A DNA stretch of 63,809 nt, the filler included, from Collodictyon triciliatum (lineage: Eukaryota): NCBI GenBank assembly GCA_043381765.1. It is 8 parts of 8 records of this genome, joined end to end, with 100 filler letters (N's around TTAATTAATTAA, not from the genome) between each part and the next. Parts side by side here need not be neighbours in the genome. Positions count along the whole stretch, not along the records: positions 1 to 6,508 come from JBHJMP010003426.1; positions 6,609 to 15,069 come from JBHJMP010003427.1; positions 15,170 to 23,616 come from JBHJMP010003428.1; 5 more parts are not named here. One strand, written 5' to 3'. Positions 1-15,251 of this stretch are shown here, in pieces. Under the pieces are notes generated by a model, which was given only the letters and a program-made list of their open reading frames with translations, had not been told where the DNA came from and ran no database searches. The number at the start of each line of letters is the position of its first letter. The first letter of the stretch is position 1. Made by a program: the position numbers and the translations under genes.

Positions 1-152
1 TTTTTATAAATCTTAATTAATTAATTTTTTTAAAAAAAAAAAAAAAATTTTAAAAAAAAAAATAAAAAAAAACCCTTTCAAGAAAAAGTTTTTTTTTTTT
101 TTTTTTGGAACTTTTTTAAATCTATTTCCCTTTAGCCTTTGTTCTGCCTTAC

Positions 153-3113
153 CATGGTCACGTTCATTATTGTGTTTCCAAGAACCGATGCAAAAAGAGA
201 TACGCCTATCTGAACGAAAAACTGGAGTGGGGCAATCGACAGTATGTTTACAGCCTTGGCTGGGTACACTGCAACCAAAAATATATATAATAAGATTAAC
301 GTGAAAGATGAGTACAGCAGTGAGTGTTAAAAGTAGACAGCATATGACATCTTCGATCTTTGGACTGAAAAACTATAATTGTTATATCATCCTTGAGAGC
401 TGAGTATTTCAACTGTGCATATTTTTTTTTATCTTGTCTGCCATGCGAAGTTCTAGCTTTATCTTACTATCTGTTCAACATGTGAAGTGATGTGTACTTA
501 CAAACAATGAAAGCAAAGAATTGAGCACTTCCGGCAATAGCGAATCCAATGAACCACTAAGTGAATATAAAATGAGTAAATATCGCCGATTCTTTATGAG
601 CAGAAGAGGAAAGAAGAAAGAAGAAATGGTTATCATCGAGTAAATGCACGGGCTAGAAAATAGGTCGTTGACCATAGTCTCCCTTTAAAGGAGTCAGATT
701 TCAAACAACACAAAGAAGTGATATTGATAAGTGATAGTGAGCAGTACAGAGTTAAAATTCCATTTTTGTTTGGGTATCAATAGAAGAGCCCAAAAGGAAG
801 ACAGTGCTTGAAGCAAAAGATCTGGCGGTGTCATGTCAAGAAGTGCATTTTACGGTGATATGAAGGATATTCATGAATCTTTGTTTAACGGTTTTATGGA
901 GTTCTTTAGGAAGACATGAGTTCTTTCGACTTGTTGGTCTGTGTTATAAAATATATGTGCTTACAAAATACAATCTCACCTGCAATAAGTAAAAGAGGAC
1001 CGAATTCTTCACTTAGACCTTTCTACAGAAATGCATTAATAATTAGATATTGCAGAGTACGTTTTTCATCTTAACATCAAACTTTGTGCCTCTTTGAACC
1101 ATAAACAACCCATTCATTCAAACTTTTCTATTCAGATGCTACTGGATTACAAACCTTCATCATATTGACTCCGGTACTCGCCTCCATGACAACCAATGAA
1201 ACCCGCGAGAATAACAGTATGAAAATAAGGTCCTTGATAGCTATGATTTCGCATAATGGAATCGTAAAAAAATAAAATAAAAAAATATCGTGTGCTTTCA
1301 TTCTTTTGGATATAGCAGTCGGAATCAATATAATATATGTATACTAACCCCCCTATATTTTGCGAAAGGAACAGTTCAAAAGATCTCCATAGGTTCAAAT
1401 AATAATTGAATATATGCGTACCAGGCAACTGGAGCATCTCAGAAATATGGCTAAGAATTTTCTGTGTTTGGATTCGCTCTGGCCCCAAGGCGGTCTCTTG
1501 TTCAAAACAAAACAGAAGTGCGAGTATAACTACGTATCCACCCACACTTAAAAGAAAGTCACCGATTGAAATCAGAGGATTATCAAACGGACACCGATAA
1601 AAGAAAGAGCGGCAGGTGGGCACCGATGTAGTTGCCATGCTAGCGAGAAAGAAAGCTGTCCCCACGAATGACCCAACTGTCTTAATGGTATATCATTACA
1701 TTACAAGATAGGGGAAAGAGATATCAAGACTAAGAGAACAGGCGAATACCTCCAAAAATTATTGGAAAAAAAATAGAGACCAGTTATTTTTTTAAAATGA
1801 AAACAAACTCGTATCCATATTTTATTGGAGGTGTAATGAACTATGCAATAGTATTCTTTGATGAATTACCTTTATAACAATAGCTCGACAAAAATTTTCT
1901 CTATGTACAATAGTTAGCGCCCATGCTGAATTATCGAATTGCGTTTGTGAGTTTTATTCTTAAATTATTCATCATACTATTTTAATTTCAACTTTTATGT
2001 GTATCATAATTTATTACTGTCACCGTTATTATTTTCATCGTCATAATTACAACAACAAAACATAATAATAATGATAAGAAGATCCATTATGTTGGACAAA
2101 CCATTAATTGAGATATCGCTGGTCAGTGCTGATATACCCAGGAAAAACTGAATACATAATACCATCCATATGTTGCGATTTGATAAGAAACTGTCGATGT
2201 TGAATCCCAGCAATAGAAACAAAACCCCTGAAAATAAAAGCGGAACAACAATCCAGGTCTTTCTTTTCCCAATATCTGCATGTATAACATAAATAAACGA
2301 TAATCCTCATACACGTTCATTATTGGTACTGTTAAACAAAAATGATGTTGGTGGACAAGAAGCACTCTGTTATTGTCATAATGGTTTTTGCAAAAAGGAA
2401 TAAACTCGACATGATATGAAATAGAACTCTGTAGCAGGGGCGATTGCTGCTTTCATCCAAATAAGCGCACTCGCGTGTGACGCATACAGAACATGCGAGG
2501 AGGTAAATCCATTCTCACGAAGAACGAGTGGGATAGACACGCTGGTGAGGCCGACAACAAAGCCTTGGAAGATTCCTGTAGGCGATGCAATTATTGTCAT
2601 GTAATCTTTCTGAATCATGCAAAGTGCTCAATCAATATCCAGATGTTTGGCAGCACACTGTGTAGTTGTAGTTATTGTTTACCAAGCTCTGCACCAAGTT
2701 TTGTACATACATGTGGGATTTACAAAGAAAGAACAAAAAAAAACCCCCATCTCAGATACAAAGACAGACTCGCAAACACACTTTCAGAGAAAAAAAATAT
2801 ATATTAAGATTATAATAAAATAGAAAAGGAAAATAAGAAGAAGACTCTATGATAATGGAACCAACGGTATGATATGAACTAAAAAGAAGAATCGGCAACG
2901 TAACAAACCCGCGTTGAAGAGAACAAGCAAAGGGAATAGAATCGTTCTCAGCCCGATTCGATCGTCGCTGTCTAAAAGGCTGAGTGCAAAGTCCGGTCCG
3001 ATCAGTCCAGCATTCGGCATGTTGTGACTTTGTGTGTGGCTTTGAGTGTGGCTTTGAGTGTGGCTTTGGGTGTGACTTTGATTGTGGCTTCGGTGGTGCA
3101 GCGTGGGTTGCAT
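153..3113 (-). CDS. SLC33A1: Acetyl-CoA transporter AT-1/SLC33A1 (AmpG-like MFS) homolog, multi-exon; 3' end lies outside the window
   Basis: Spliced GT-AG exons give MQPTLHH..(QSHT)n..ILFPLLVLFNAG|IFQGFVVGLTSVSIPLVLRENG..MKAAIAPATEFYFISY|IGKRKTWIVVP..TSDISINA|WALTIVHREN..|TVGSFVG..LQLPA|IKDLIFILL..GVNMMK|KGLSEE. These match the AT-1 motifs LQGIPLGL, WAPIVD, GRRKSW, QDIAVDGWAL and LKLVEKG. Confidence 0.85.
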
Positions 3114-4181
3114 CGGCAGCGATCGTCGGGCCTGCAAAACCGGTCCCAAATCACTGCAGTTCTGTCCTGTGTGGCGCTTTCTGTGTCTGGGTTTTATGGG
3201 GCGGTGAGTCTTTTTTTGTTTTCTTTTGTTTTGTTTTCTTTTGTTTTGTTTTCTTTTGTTTTGTTTTCTTTTGTTTTCTTTTGTTTTATTTTGTTTTCTT
3301 TTGTTTTCTTTTGTTTTCTTTTGTTTTCTTTTGTTTTCTTTTGTTTTGTCGTCATTGTTTGGATGTTGAGCGTGGTTTTAGCGGGATGACTTTTTCTTTG
3401 TTCTTACCTATTTTCAGAATAAGATGGATTGCAGCATAAAGAGTAAAAGAAAAAAAAGAAAGAAAAGAAATAAGTAAAGGGGAAGGGCTGCGGTAATACG
3501 GCTTTGAAATAGTAGCAGAGGAGAGGAGCCACAGCCGCACCAGAGCAGGTCATTCTATTTTCTTTTGCGATTATTTTATTTTTCGTGTTGCGATTCCTTC
3601 TTCTTAGACCGAGATATAAAAGAAAGCCCAACCCCACATCATTTGGAATCATCGTTTGCTGTCTGAGATTCCTTTGCTTCGAAGACTGAGCGATGCGTTT
3701 GTTCTTGAATTGGACGTAGAAAGAATAGAGAAGAGAGAAGGAAGAAGGAAGAAAGAAAAAGGCTGATATAACGATGATGAGATAACAAGACAAATCAAAA
3801 CGGTGTGATTAAGCGAAGGGTTATGCGGAAAATACGCAGTGCGATACATACAGTCATGCATCATTTTTAACGGCGTGCGGGCCGCAAGTCGAATGCCATT
3901 CAGGCGTTGGGTCTGATGTGGACATTCTATTTGTCATGCAAGTGTACTCCATCCAGATGAAGAAGCATGTCTCGTTTTGGGTTTTGATGCTTCGGTATGC
4001 ATATATATCGGCGCGCGATTGGACACATATTTCTCTCTACGGCATCCCAACTATAGATACCACGATACCACTAATTCCAATACATCAGTCAATTTTGGGC
4101 CTTATTTATGCGTGTGTTTCGCCTTGGGAGCATGATTGGAATCTTACTAAGCGCACACATTGCCCCACGCTTTGTTACGAG

Positions 4182-6211
4182 CTAACCTCTGAAAACATCC
4201 GAAAAGTTACAGAGAGAAGGCATTGAGATGTGTATCAACCTGGGAGGAGGCTCTTTGACAAACGGTATATATGAAATGTAAAATATTATCCCCAAGTAGC
4301 ACATCTCACGCCATGGAAAGTCTTTTCGCGTCTCCCGACGACCTCTTTCCAGGTAGTTGAATCCAAGATATCGAGTTTCGTAGAGGATGCATACAAAGTC
4401 TATCGGGAGGTTGATTAGAAATTGAAATGCGATGCTTTGGAAAACAAGTGCGAGGCTTAAGGTTGGTTGCAGAAGTAAGTAATTGTCGAGAGGGTTTACA
4501 ATATACAGAGTGATAGGAACAATAACAATCGCCTGAATTTCTGAGACCATGAGCCTCATACAGAGCCGCATTCGCGTTTGTCGATAGTACTCGCTTTCTC
4601 GTATATCCAGGCTCGAGTTTGTAAACTTGCTTAAATCCTGTCCTTTTTCCGCTTTGTCTTCGCTATCCTCCTTATTAGCGGGTCTCCTTCCGATAGTCCT
4701 CCTGCACCCCACTAGCAATACAGCAATTCGTTTTTGCAACTTATCACTGAGCTCTTGTCTGTACCTATAGGACAATCGAAGAATGACCTCCATGATTCCG
4801 GACGAGATGCTCAGAAGAACATTTCCGGATAACGTAGATGATGATGACATCATACGACTGATGGTCACAAAGATTGATGCCGATATCGTATTTTGGAGAA
4901 AGCGGCGCCCCATCCATTCGATTGACAACCCCATATTGACCCAGTTCTGAATACTGTCCACCATTGCAACACCAGGGGTAAAAATGAGGATTCGAAAGGC
5001 TAGTTTGACGCCGATGGTGGCGTTTTGGTAGTATGGAAACATGATGAAAAGAAAAGCTATGTAGGTGAAGAAAAATGCGACTGCGCCTTTGGACATTGCT
5101 GAAGTTGTCCCATCTTTTGTCAGCTCAAATTCTCGAGCTTGATGAGGATTGAGTATTGTATTGGGAGGTACCTTTGAGTGGGTGAGATGGCGGACAAGAC
5201 AGTAGTAATGCAGCACAAATGACGCGTAATACGCTGGACGAAGAAGGTCTACTTGAAAAAGAAATCTGATACTATGACATATGATGTGGAAAATCATGAA
5301 GGGGATTGAATATCGCATAAATAGAGCTTGGAGTTGCCAAAGCCCAAACACTGCACAAAGAATGATGTACGTGGTGATGTACATTAAAGGAATGTGAAAG
5401 ACATCCTGGATGTAGTAATACAGGTAAACTGTCCGATCGAATATAGGTACCACCCACACAATAGCGAACTCGAGAAGGATGAAAATGATACCAAATGGAA
5501 TAATAAAGACCGATTTTTTGTACACATGTCTCATGGACATTAGTGCCAATCGAAAAGACTCTCCCCACCCTGGGAGTGCTTGTCCAGCGATATTTGTCTC
5601 TTGTCTGATAAAACGAGGCTTCTGGGCTGCCACTTTATTTAAATCCATGGGCGGGAGCTCTGCCATTTTGAACTCACTTTGTTGTCTGGAATTAGATTCG
5701 TTAGCGCCATCAACAGCATTACAATCATTGATTCCCCCGTGTTGCTGATTCCAACTATACTGAATACTTTCCTGATTATTTTGATGGAACGATGTCGATG
5801 TCTTGTGTTCATTAAAGCATGCGTCAGCATGTGCGTCCGTTGATTGGCATCTTAAAAGAGGTACACGCCAACAATAATTGTGAGTTCAACGAGGATATAT
5901 TAAATATGTGACATGAAAAACCAAGGAATGAAGGTTTTGGATCAAAAATTTTGTGGAATAGTGTAAATTATATATTTGATATCATCACATGGCCCGCCCA
6001 GTTTCTTTTTCTTCTTTCTTTTTTTTTTTTTTTTGACAGGAATGATTGCGGTGTAAGATGAAGACATAAGGTAAAAGACGTCAGCCAGGAATGACTCTTG
6101 CATCATAAGAAAAAATCAATGGAAAGAGTTTGTATGTGCGCATCACCTGGGAAAAGTATTCATGTCGCTAATATCGGCAAAAAGATGGTTTGGCAGGTGA
6201 TTGTTTTCCAT
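4182..6211 (-). CDS. Uncharacterised multipass membrane protein (~9-10 hydrophobic segments)
   Basis: The 494-aa ORF 4182-5666 stays open upstream to an AG acceptor near 5850. A phase-compatible first exon 6211-6147 (MENNHLP..FPR|GTGATG) is plausible but unproven. Confidence 0.7.
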
Positions 6212-6508
6212 GAACCGGTACTCTGTAATACAGATAATAAAACACCACTCTGGCGGGCCCTGCAGTTACCGTCACTGAATAATATGTTAATTTGTTGGAA
6301 TTCAACATAACACTTCTCTGTTTTGTTTTGTATATTTCATTTTCATTTTTTGTTTTTTATGTTTTTATGTTTTTTATGTTTTTTATGTTTTTTATGTTTT
6401 TTTTATGTTTTTTTTATGTTTTTTTATGTTTTTTTATGTTTTTTTTATGTTTTTTTATGTTTTTTTTATGTTTTTTTATGTTTTTTTATGTTTTTTTATG
6501 TTTTTTTT

Positions 6509-6608
6509 NNNNNNNNNNNNNNNNNNNNNNNNNNNNNNNNNNNNNNNNNNNNTTAATTAATTAANNNNNNNNNNNNNNNNNNNNNNNNNNNNNNNNNNNN
6601 NNNNNNNN
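6509..6608. other. Artificial contig linker N44-TTAATTAATTAA-N44
   Basis: Six-frame stop linker flanked by 44 N on each side. Confidence 0.98.
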
Positions 6609-6860
6609 TTTTTTTTTGTTTTTTTCTGTTTTTTTTTGTTTTTTTGTTTTTTTTTTTTTTTTTTGTTTTTTTGTTTTTTTGTTTTTTTTGTTTTTTTGTT
6701 TTTTTGTTTTTTTGTTTTTTTGTTTTTGTCTTTTTTGTTTTTTGTTTTTGTTTTTGTTTTGTTTTGTCTACTGTTTCTTATTTATTCTTTATTCATTCAT
6801 CCATTATGCATTATGCATTATACAGTAATCATGATTCATTTGTATTTCGATTTTCTTCAG

Positions 6861-7855
<995 letters not shown>

Positions 7856-8374
7856 ATAGTGATTATCTTCGTGCACAAACTCTACGAATATCCTTGATAT
7901 AATAAAACCCAGCAGTAGATAGGACGCCCTTGCAAGCGCAAACCCACGACCCAGAAACACCGTCAAAGTTACATACCTGTTTTACGGTATCTTGTCCAGA
8001 GACACTTTTGGGCATCCCTTCACTCTATCCACCGCTCAAGATCAAAGAAAAAATAAATAAAATTAAACAAAAAACCAAATAATAATAATTAAAAAAGACG
8101 ATAAAATGAATCGTGACGAGGATGAAAAAGAACTCAACAAGAAGACAAGAAGAGGGGTAAAAAGCTGAGCAAGTCATGGCTTGTATCCGTCGCCGCTTTC
8201 TGGATTCCCCTGAATCGAATAAAAAATAAAATAAAATAAGAGTCGTCGTTTTCTTGGCTCAAGCTTGTGCGGCCAAAGACGGAGCCTCATTATTCGCAAA
8301 ACCACGTGTTTTGATGGGCAGGTGGCCCCGAGTATTGTCTAATTCCCTTCTGGCATCATTTGTATAGCTGCGGG

Positions 8375-8572
8375 ATGTCTTCTCGGATACTCTCTTCTCG
8401 GCTACTATGCGCCTTGTTTCTGATCGGAGCAGGTAAATCCCAGTTTTCCATTTTCCCGACTAATGCTTACAGGAAACAAAATGATTTGAAGACAAGTAGT
8501 CGAGATCAAGTCTGGCCATTTTTTTCTCTTCACTTTTCCACGCATCTATGTGTCTATACATCTATGTATATA

Positions 8573-8655
<83 letters not shown>

Positions 8656-8688
8656 CTATCTATATATCTATCTATCTATCTATCTATA

Positions 8689-8767
<79 letters not shown>

Positions 8768-11700
8768 ACCGATACCTTTATCTGAAAGCATCCGAATAGC
8801 ATGAAAATTAGGGTTTAAAAATCGCAAATATTTAGTGCCGCATGGTTGTTATTTCTTAATACTAAAAAGATAATGAGTTGTATTTTTCCCTGCAGTATAT
8901 GGACGTGATAGTTTTTATGACCAAATCTACACATTCTACTCTGGATTTCCTTGCGTCAGATTGTTGGATGATTCCCTGGGCATTGTTGGGTGCACAAGTA
9001 ACATTCAATATCTATATATTACATGCTTTATAACATTCTCAGTAGAGATTATTTCATCTCTTTATATTTATTGTACCACCCCTATCGTCATTTATGATAA
9101 CATATTTCGTCCGGATTTTTCAAATATTAATACACAATCCACTATGAAGCCGGAAAAGGTGGAGTAGTTGGTGGGCTACATCCTATAGAAGAACAGGGTG
9201 GATTGACCAGTTTCCTTCGTAATCCGCCAAGCGATGACACAATTGTTCTCCTTGAATCTACACTTTTTTCAGAGTTTGTAGCCAAACTGTCCTGTTTTAT
9301 ATTCCTTTTAAAACCGATGTGAGATAAATTTAACAAAGAGCAAGATTGTGCGAAAAAATCAAACGCCAGGCCAACATATCGAAATATATAGCTCAGCGAT
9401 CAATTCTCTCATCGCCACTGGGTCTGTGAAAGGCATCCTTACAACAAAGGGACCCGCACCAGCAAATGGATATTCTGTGGCTGCAAAGAATCCGCTGCAG
9501 AAGTGGAGTTTGCACCCCAGCGTAAACTATGATTGGAATCCTCAGGTAATATATAATTAATATATCGCGCAACTTTGTTATAGTGATAATTCAAAACTTA
9601 GAAACACATACATACATACATACATACATACATACATACATACATACATACATACNNNNNNNNNNACATACATACATACATACATACATACATACATACA
9701 TACATACATACATACGTACGTACGTACGTACGTACAAAAAGTATTAAGTTGCGGAAACAATGAAGGGAAATGGAGCAATGTACCAAACATTTTCTGTTCC
9801 AATTTACGGCTTAAACGAGAACGAGACACTTATTTTCAAACAGGTTTACCAGAATCATCGATGATGTATCTGTTTATAACAATTCTGAGTGGATATACCC
9901 CAATAAAAATTCGTAGTGCCTATATGGTTAATATCAAAGAATATATATTTACAGCGTATAAAAATAAAATAATACACCTAGAAAGCATTGGAAAATACAA
10001 ATGGATCGAAGTATCCCAGATGGGGTGCTGAATTGACCACATTCATGTTTGCAACCCATGATTCTGAGACATGTCTAAGACGAGGTTTTTCTATTACATT
10101 TTAGCTATTTACCAATTTAAAGTGTTCCTCCAGGACTCCGAGTGTGACTGTTTATTTTATTTTATTTTAATTTTAAGTCTCGAACAAAGTCATAAACCGA
10201 GCAACATAGCGCAAAAAGGACTGGAATGGAAACGTCTCGCTTTTAATACAAATGTGTATTGAAGTGACTGATGGCCACTTTAATCCAAGTTAGTTGTACT
10301 GACGATACAATTTAATCGATAGATCAGTGTCTCCCAATTGGAGGTCGTAATGTATGGAGTTCATTTGGCTCAAATATTGAGACTTCGAAAGATATAATAT
10401 TAGTATCGGTAATATAATTATTCTTACATCCTATAAATTCTATAATGGTGATTCTCTATCCACTCTGTATGGATAAATCGTGACCACTTTTATTTTCCCT
10501 TTTCTTCTCTTTTCTTCTCTTTTTATCTCTTTTTATCTCTTTTTATCTCTTTTTATCTCTTTTTATCTCTTTTTATCTCTTTTTATCTCTTTTTATCTCT
10601 TTTTATCTCTTTTTATCTCTTTTCTCTGATGTCTGTTTTTGTTTTCTGTTTTTTCTAAAAAAATTTTTTTTCACTCTTTTACTTCTTCACTCTCATTTTC
10701 TTTTCATTTTTAAAAGGCCACGATGGATAGCAACAGCTTCTTTCATGATGACACACTTGGTGCCAGTGCATACTTGTCTGGCGTGGTCTCCCTTTTGGGC
10801 GCGGTCGAGGCACTCACCAATGTTTGTTGGTTATCACTTTCATATGAATTTACACCATTGTTTTTAGGTCCTTAATTTCCCCTCTTTTTCTTTTTTCTTT
10901 TTCTTTTTCTTTTTCTTTTTCTTTTTCTTTTTCTTTTTCTTTTTCTTTTTCTTTTTCTTTATCTTTATCTTCCCTAGGAGAATACGTTCTTGTGATTTGT
11001 ATTTAACAGACAAAAGCAACATGCCCTTTCATTCTTAACTTCACAATTGAATTATAACGTTCAAGATCACAAACATTGACGCCGCACCAAGACAGCTTGT
11101 TGTTTCATTATTCCAGGTATATTCTGATTTACCTCTTCGTATGTTTCGCTGGCTATGCTTACTTATCCCATCCATCAATTTAAGGGAGAAATATGGGATT
11201 ATATCGGGTCGATGAGTTTTGTGAAAGAGGCTACGAAACCTGGAAGTAAAGAACCTGCCGCCAAGTTGGGATTTTCACGCATAAAACATATGGTTGATGT
11301 ATCTCAAGTCGGTTAGTTGCATCGCTTTTTTTTTTTTCCGAGAAAAAGCTCCTCAAAATATATTACTTATAGATGACATTTTAAGAGGACATCTTGAAAT
11401 ATTAAACAGGTGAAATTCTTTTACATTTAAAATAGGTAATCCAAGAAATAATGGAGAGTTTTTCATTCATTTTGACCGACTGTCTCAGTCGCATAACTCG
11501 AAAACTAGAGAACTAATCGAGAAGTTTACATTCAACTCTGCCCCTACGCCATCTGTAAGATGAGATTAGTTTATCATATTGTGATTAGAAGTCTTAAATC
11601 AGCATACTCGAAAAGAAATCTCTTATATATTGACTTGGATATGATTTAGTAATAGGTATTGGTATTTTTTTCTCTTTTCCTTTTCCTATCACTTTTCCAT

Positions 11701-13721
11701 TGTGCTCTTTTATCTACCTTTTCTTTTTGTTGTAGGTGGCGAAGATTACAAATAGTTCATCTCAATTGAAGAGCTTCCCTCCGTCTCCTCTTCACACATT
11801 TTTGCGCGCAAATAATGACATCGGTGGCATTGTTGTTGCAGATCATTTCGATGTCTTTACAAACAAGTAATCTAAATAAAAAGTTATCATATATTACACC
11901 CATATTCTTTCATTAAAATTCTAATTAAGAAATGTTGTATTGAATCCTATTTTGTATTTGTAATGAATACTAAAAAATAAAAATAAAAAATAAAATGGGC
12001 CGACTAAATTAATATTTTAAAGATATTACATGAGCTCTTGGGATGATAGCTCGACTGTTGATCCGAGGTCTAATCTTTGCCCTCTGGCAAATTCCGTTGC
12101 AAAGAGCCTTTATGCTCTTACATTTAACATCGACGTAAATTCAGTGCCACAAAGTGTGTCAGCAAATTGCACTATTGTAGGTTCCAAATACTATTGTTAG
12201 AAATAGTAATATTACTATAAGTAGCACCAAAAGTTAAAGTTAAAAAATAAAAAAAAAATCTCGGACGACTCGTGCTTTCATGGCTGACTTTGTAACTAGC
12301 TAAAATCAAAATTGAATTCCATATTTAGTGACGTAAAATGGATGAATAATTTCTAATAAATGCCAGGTAGAACAGCTGTATGAGTGTTTAACAGCGAATC
12401 TACAATGCCAATTGATTCAAGATTACGTTGGATTTGCTCCATGTATGTCACCCAACCACGCACTGCCACACAGCCAGAAAATTTTGTCTTAACAAATACT
12501 CCTTGAAAGGAATGTTGACTACTGATTTACTTTTTTTTTTATTTTTATCATTTTTCAATAATAATAAAAATCACTCCATCTTTTTCACATATTTTCTTTC
12601 CTGTAATTTTAATTTTTGGTAACTGAAGTTATCTGAACATAGGGAACCCAAAGCCCGTAAGCTATGTGAGTGTTTACTATCCAGATGCCTACAGCTTTCA
12701 GGTAATTATTAAAATAACCTCATCAATTACTTTGTCGATGGCCTAGCCTTCAGCTAATTATTTTATTTCCTTTGAAGTAATTCATATTTTTTTTTTTTAG
12801 AAAAAAATGTCATATGCTAAACGCCTCTATTAATTTTCTAAATTTGGCTATATCAATGAAAATTTACTTGATATGCTCTTATTTTGCAAAAGCTAACGCC
12901 ATATATCAAAATATGTGTGTTAAGACGCTATTTGTCCACGAATTTCTATCGTATCATACCGCATATCAAATGAAAACTGAATGCAACAAAGATGTCGATT
13001 GCAATGTGAGTAATTATCCCAATATTTACGACATTTCTTCGGTACTTTAGGTGGTGATACATTTGTGCCTAGTATATCTTATCAGAGAAAAAAAATGAGT
13101 TTCATAAAAATTATATGGCATGAACCATTTGATTATCAATAGGACATCACTGGTAGCACATGCATTAGGGGGGTATGTATTCTCTCCAACACCTTTTACC
13201 AGAGTGCACTACCCACTGGATTAGATATTGACGGCACTTGGTATCGAGTCTCTAATAGCTCGCTTCCAACATGGACGGAAAGCAAGTAAATTCAAACAAT
13301 ATTTTGCAAGTATGATTCAAAGGGGGCTGAGTGGTTAACATATTCAATTAAAATATTAGTTGGGATGGTACTATCGGCATTCGACTATTTCTTCAAGATG
13401 ACCCTGTAAATCAAATTCTTTTCCTTGTGAGTGGGATACTTTTGACCGGAGTCGGTGCAGTTATTGGTTAGTTCCATATTTTCCTTTCCTATTCTACTCA
13501 ATCCTTCTTTTTTTCTTTTTTTATCAATGAAATATTAATAACAACATAATGAACCTTTGGCAATTACGTTTAAAATTCGCTATTATATCCTATATCCAAA
13601 GTTTCCATCTCTTTATACTTTTTTTTTTATCGTATGGGTTATGTCTTGGTATACTAAAAAAAATGATCACTTAGGATTTGCGTCTCAAAAAGTGTTGAAG
13701 GACCATTTTAAGGAGTTATAG
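8375..13721 (+). CDS. NCSTN: Nicastrin (gamma-secretase subunit), complete multi-exon gene
   Basis: Signal peptide MSSRILSSRLLCALFLIG, then PCVRLL..IVGC, YDWNPQ|GNG, ETCLRR|DQCLPIGGRNVW, ATMDSNSFF, the diagnostic GEIWDYIGS (11185-11211), FTNKYY, WTESNW, a C-terminal TM and a short tail ending KDHFKEL*. Confidence 0.95.
8563..8767. repeat. (TATATG)n + (TATC)n microsatellite in nicastrin intron 1
   Basis: Directly visible. Confidence 0.95.
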
Positions 13722-14464
13722 GCTCGACCACAGAATAAAGCAACTCAGAAATAGGTCATAATTGTATTTTAATCCACCTGGGTGCCTAGATTCCTGTTCT
13801 ATTATCACCCAATCAACTAAAGCCTGTTAATTGAAAACCTGATATGATGTCGTTCAACTTCTTTCTTTTTTTAAGTTGCTGCATATGATAAGTGCCCACG
13901 CTTTGTCACAACTGGTTTTGAAAATTAAAAAAAAAATGCAAATATATAAACAGGACAAAAACAAGCCAAAAACGAACACAATTACATACGAACAAAGTAG
14001 TAATCTGTTAGTCTAGCAAATAAACGAGGAAAAAGATAGATGAGCAAAACCATATTTGTGTATCCCAAATATTGAGATAAAATGAACGTGTCTACTCACG
14101 AATACATTTATATGCATTTCATCGTGAGAATTCAATAGTTTGATGGGAAAGAAAATATGTAGCTATGGACATCGTTGACCGACTGTCGTTGAACTATGCC
14201 GCCAAATCAATGATTTGGCAACAAACCATAAGAGAATTTTCATGCAGCGATTTTGAATTATAAATGATGTATGAAGGAGAAAAATTATGGGAAACAAACT
14301 ATAGCGGAATCAAAAAGAATCACGGTAACAGGAGATAGAAATGTTTCAAAAGATGATTAATAGGATTGGATTTTTTTTTACGTGCAATATTGATTTCAAT
14401 AATCATAAAATGGTGAGAATTCTGCACATGTTATAGGCGAAAAATTAATTGCCTGCGACTGTCA

Positions 14465-15069
<605 letters not shown>

Positions 15070-15169
15070 NNNNNNNNNNNNNNNNNNNNNNNNNNNNNNN
15101 NNNNNNNNNNNNNTTAATTAATTAANNNNNNNNNNNNNNNNNNNNNNNNNNNNNNNNNNNNNNNNNNNN
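15070..15169. other. Artificial contig linker
   Basis: N44-TTAATTAATTAA-N44. Confidence 0.98.
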
Positions 15170-15203
15170 TTAAATATTTTTTTGTTTTTTAAAAAAAAAA
15201 AAA

Positions 15204-15250
<47 letters not shown>

Positions 15251-15251
<1 letters not shown>

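Noticed and set aside
13-24. TTAATTAATTAA near the window start
   Set aside because: It is not flanked by N and lies in an A/T-rich tract; treated as a chance match to the linker core.
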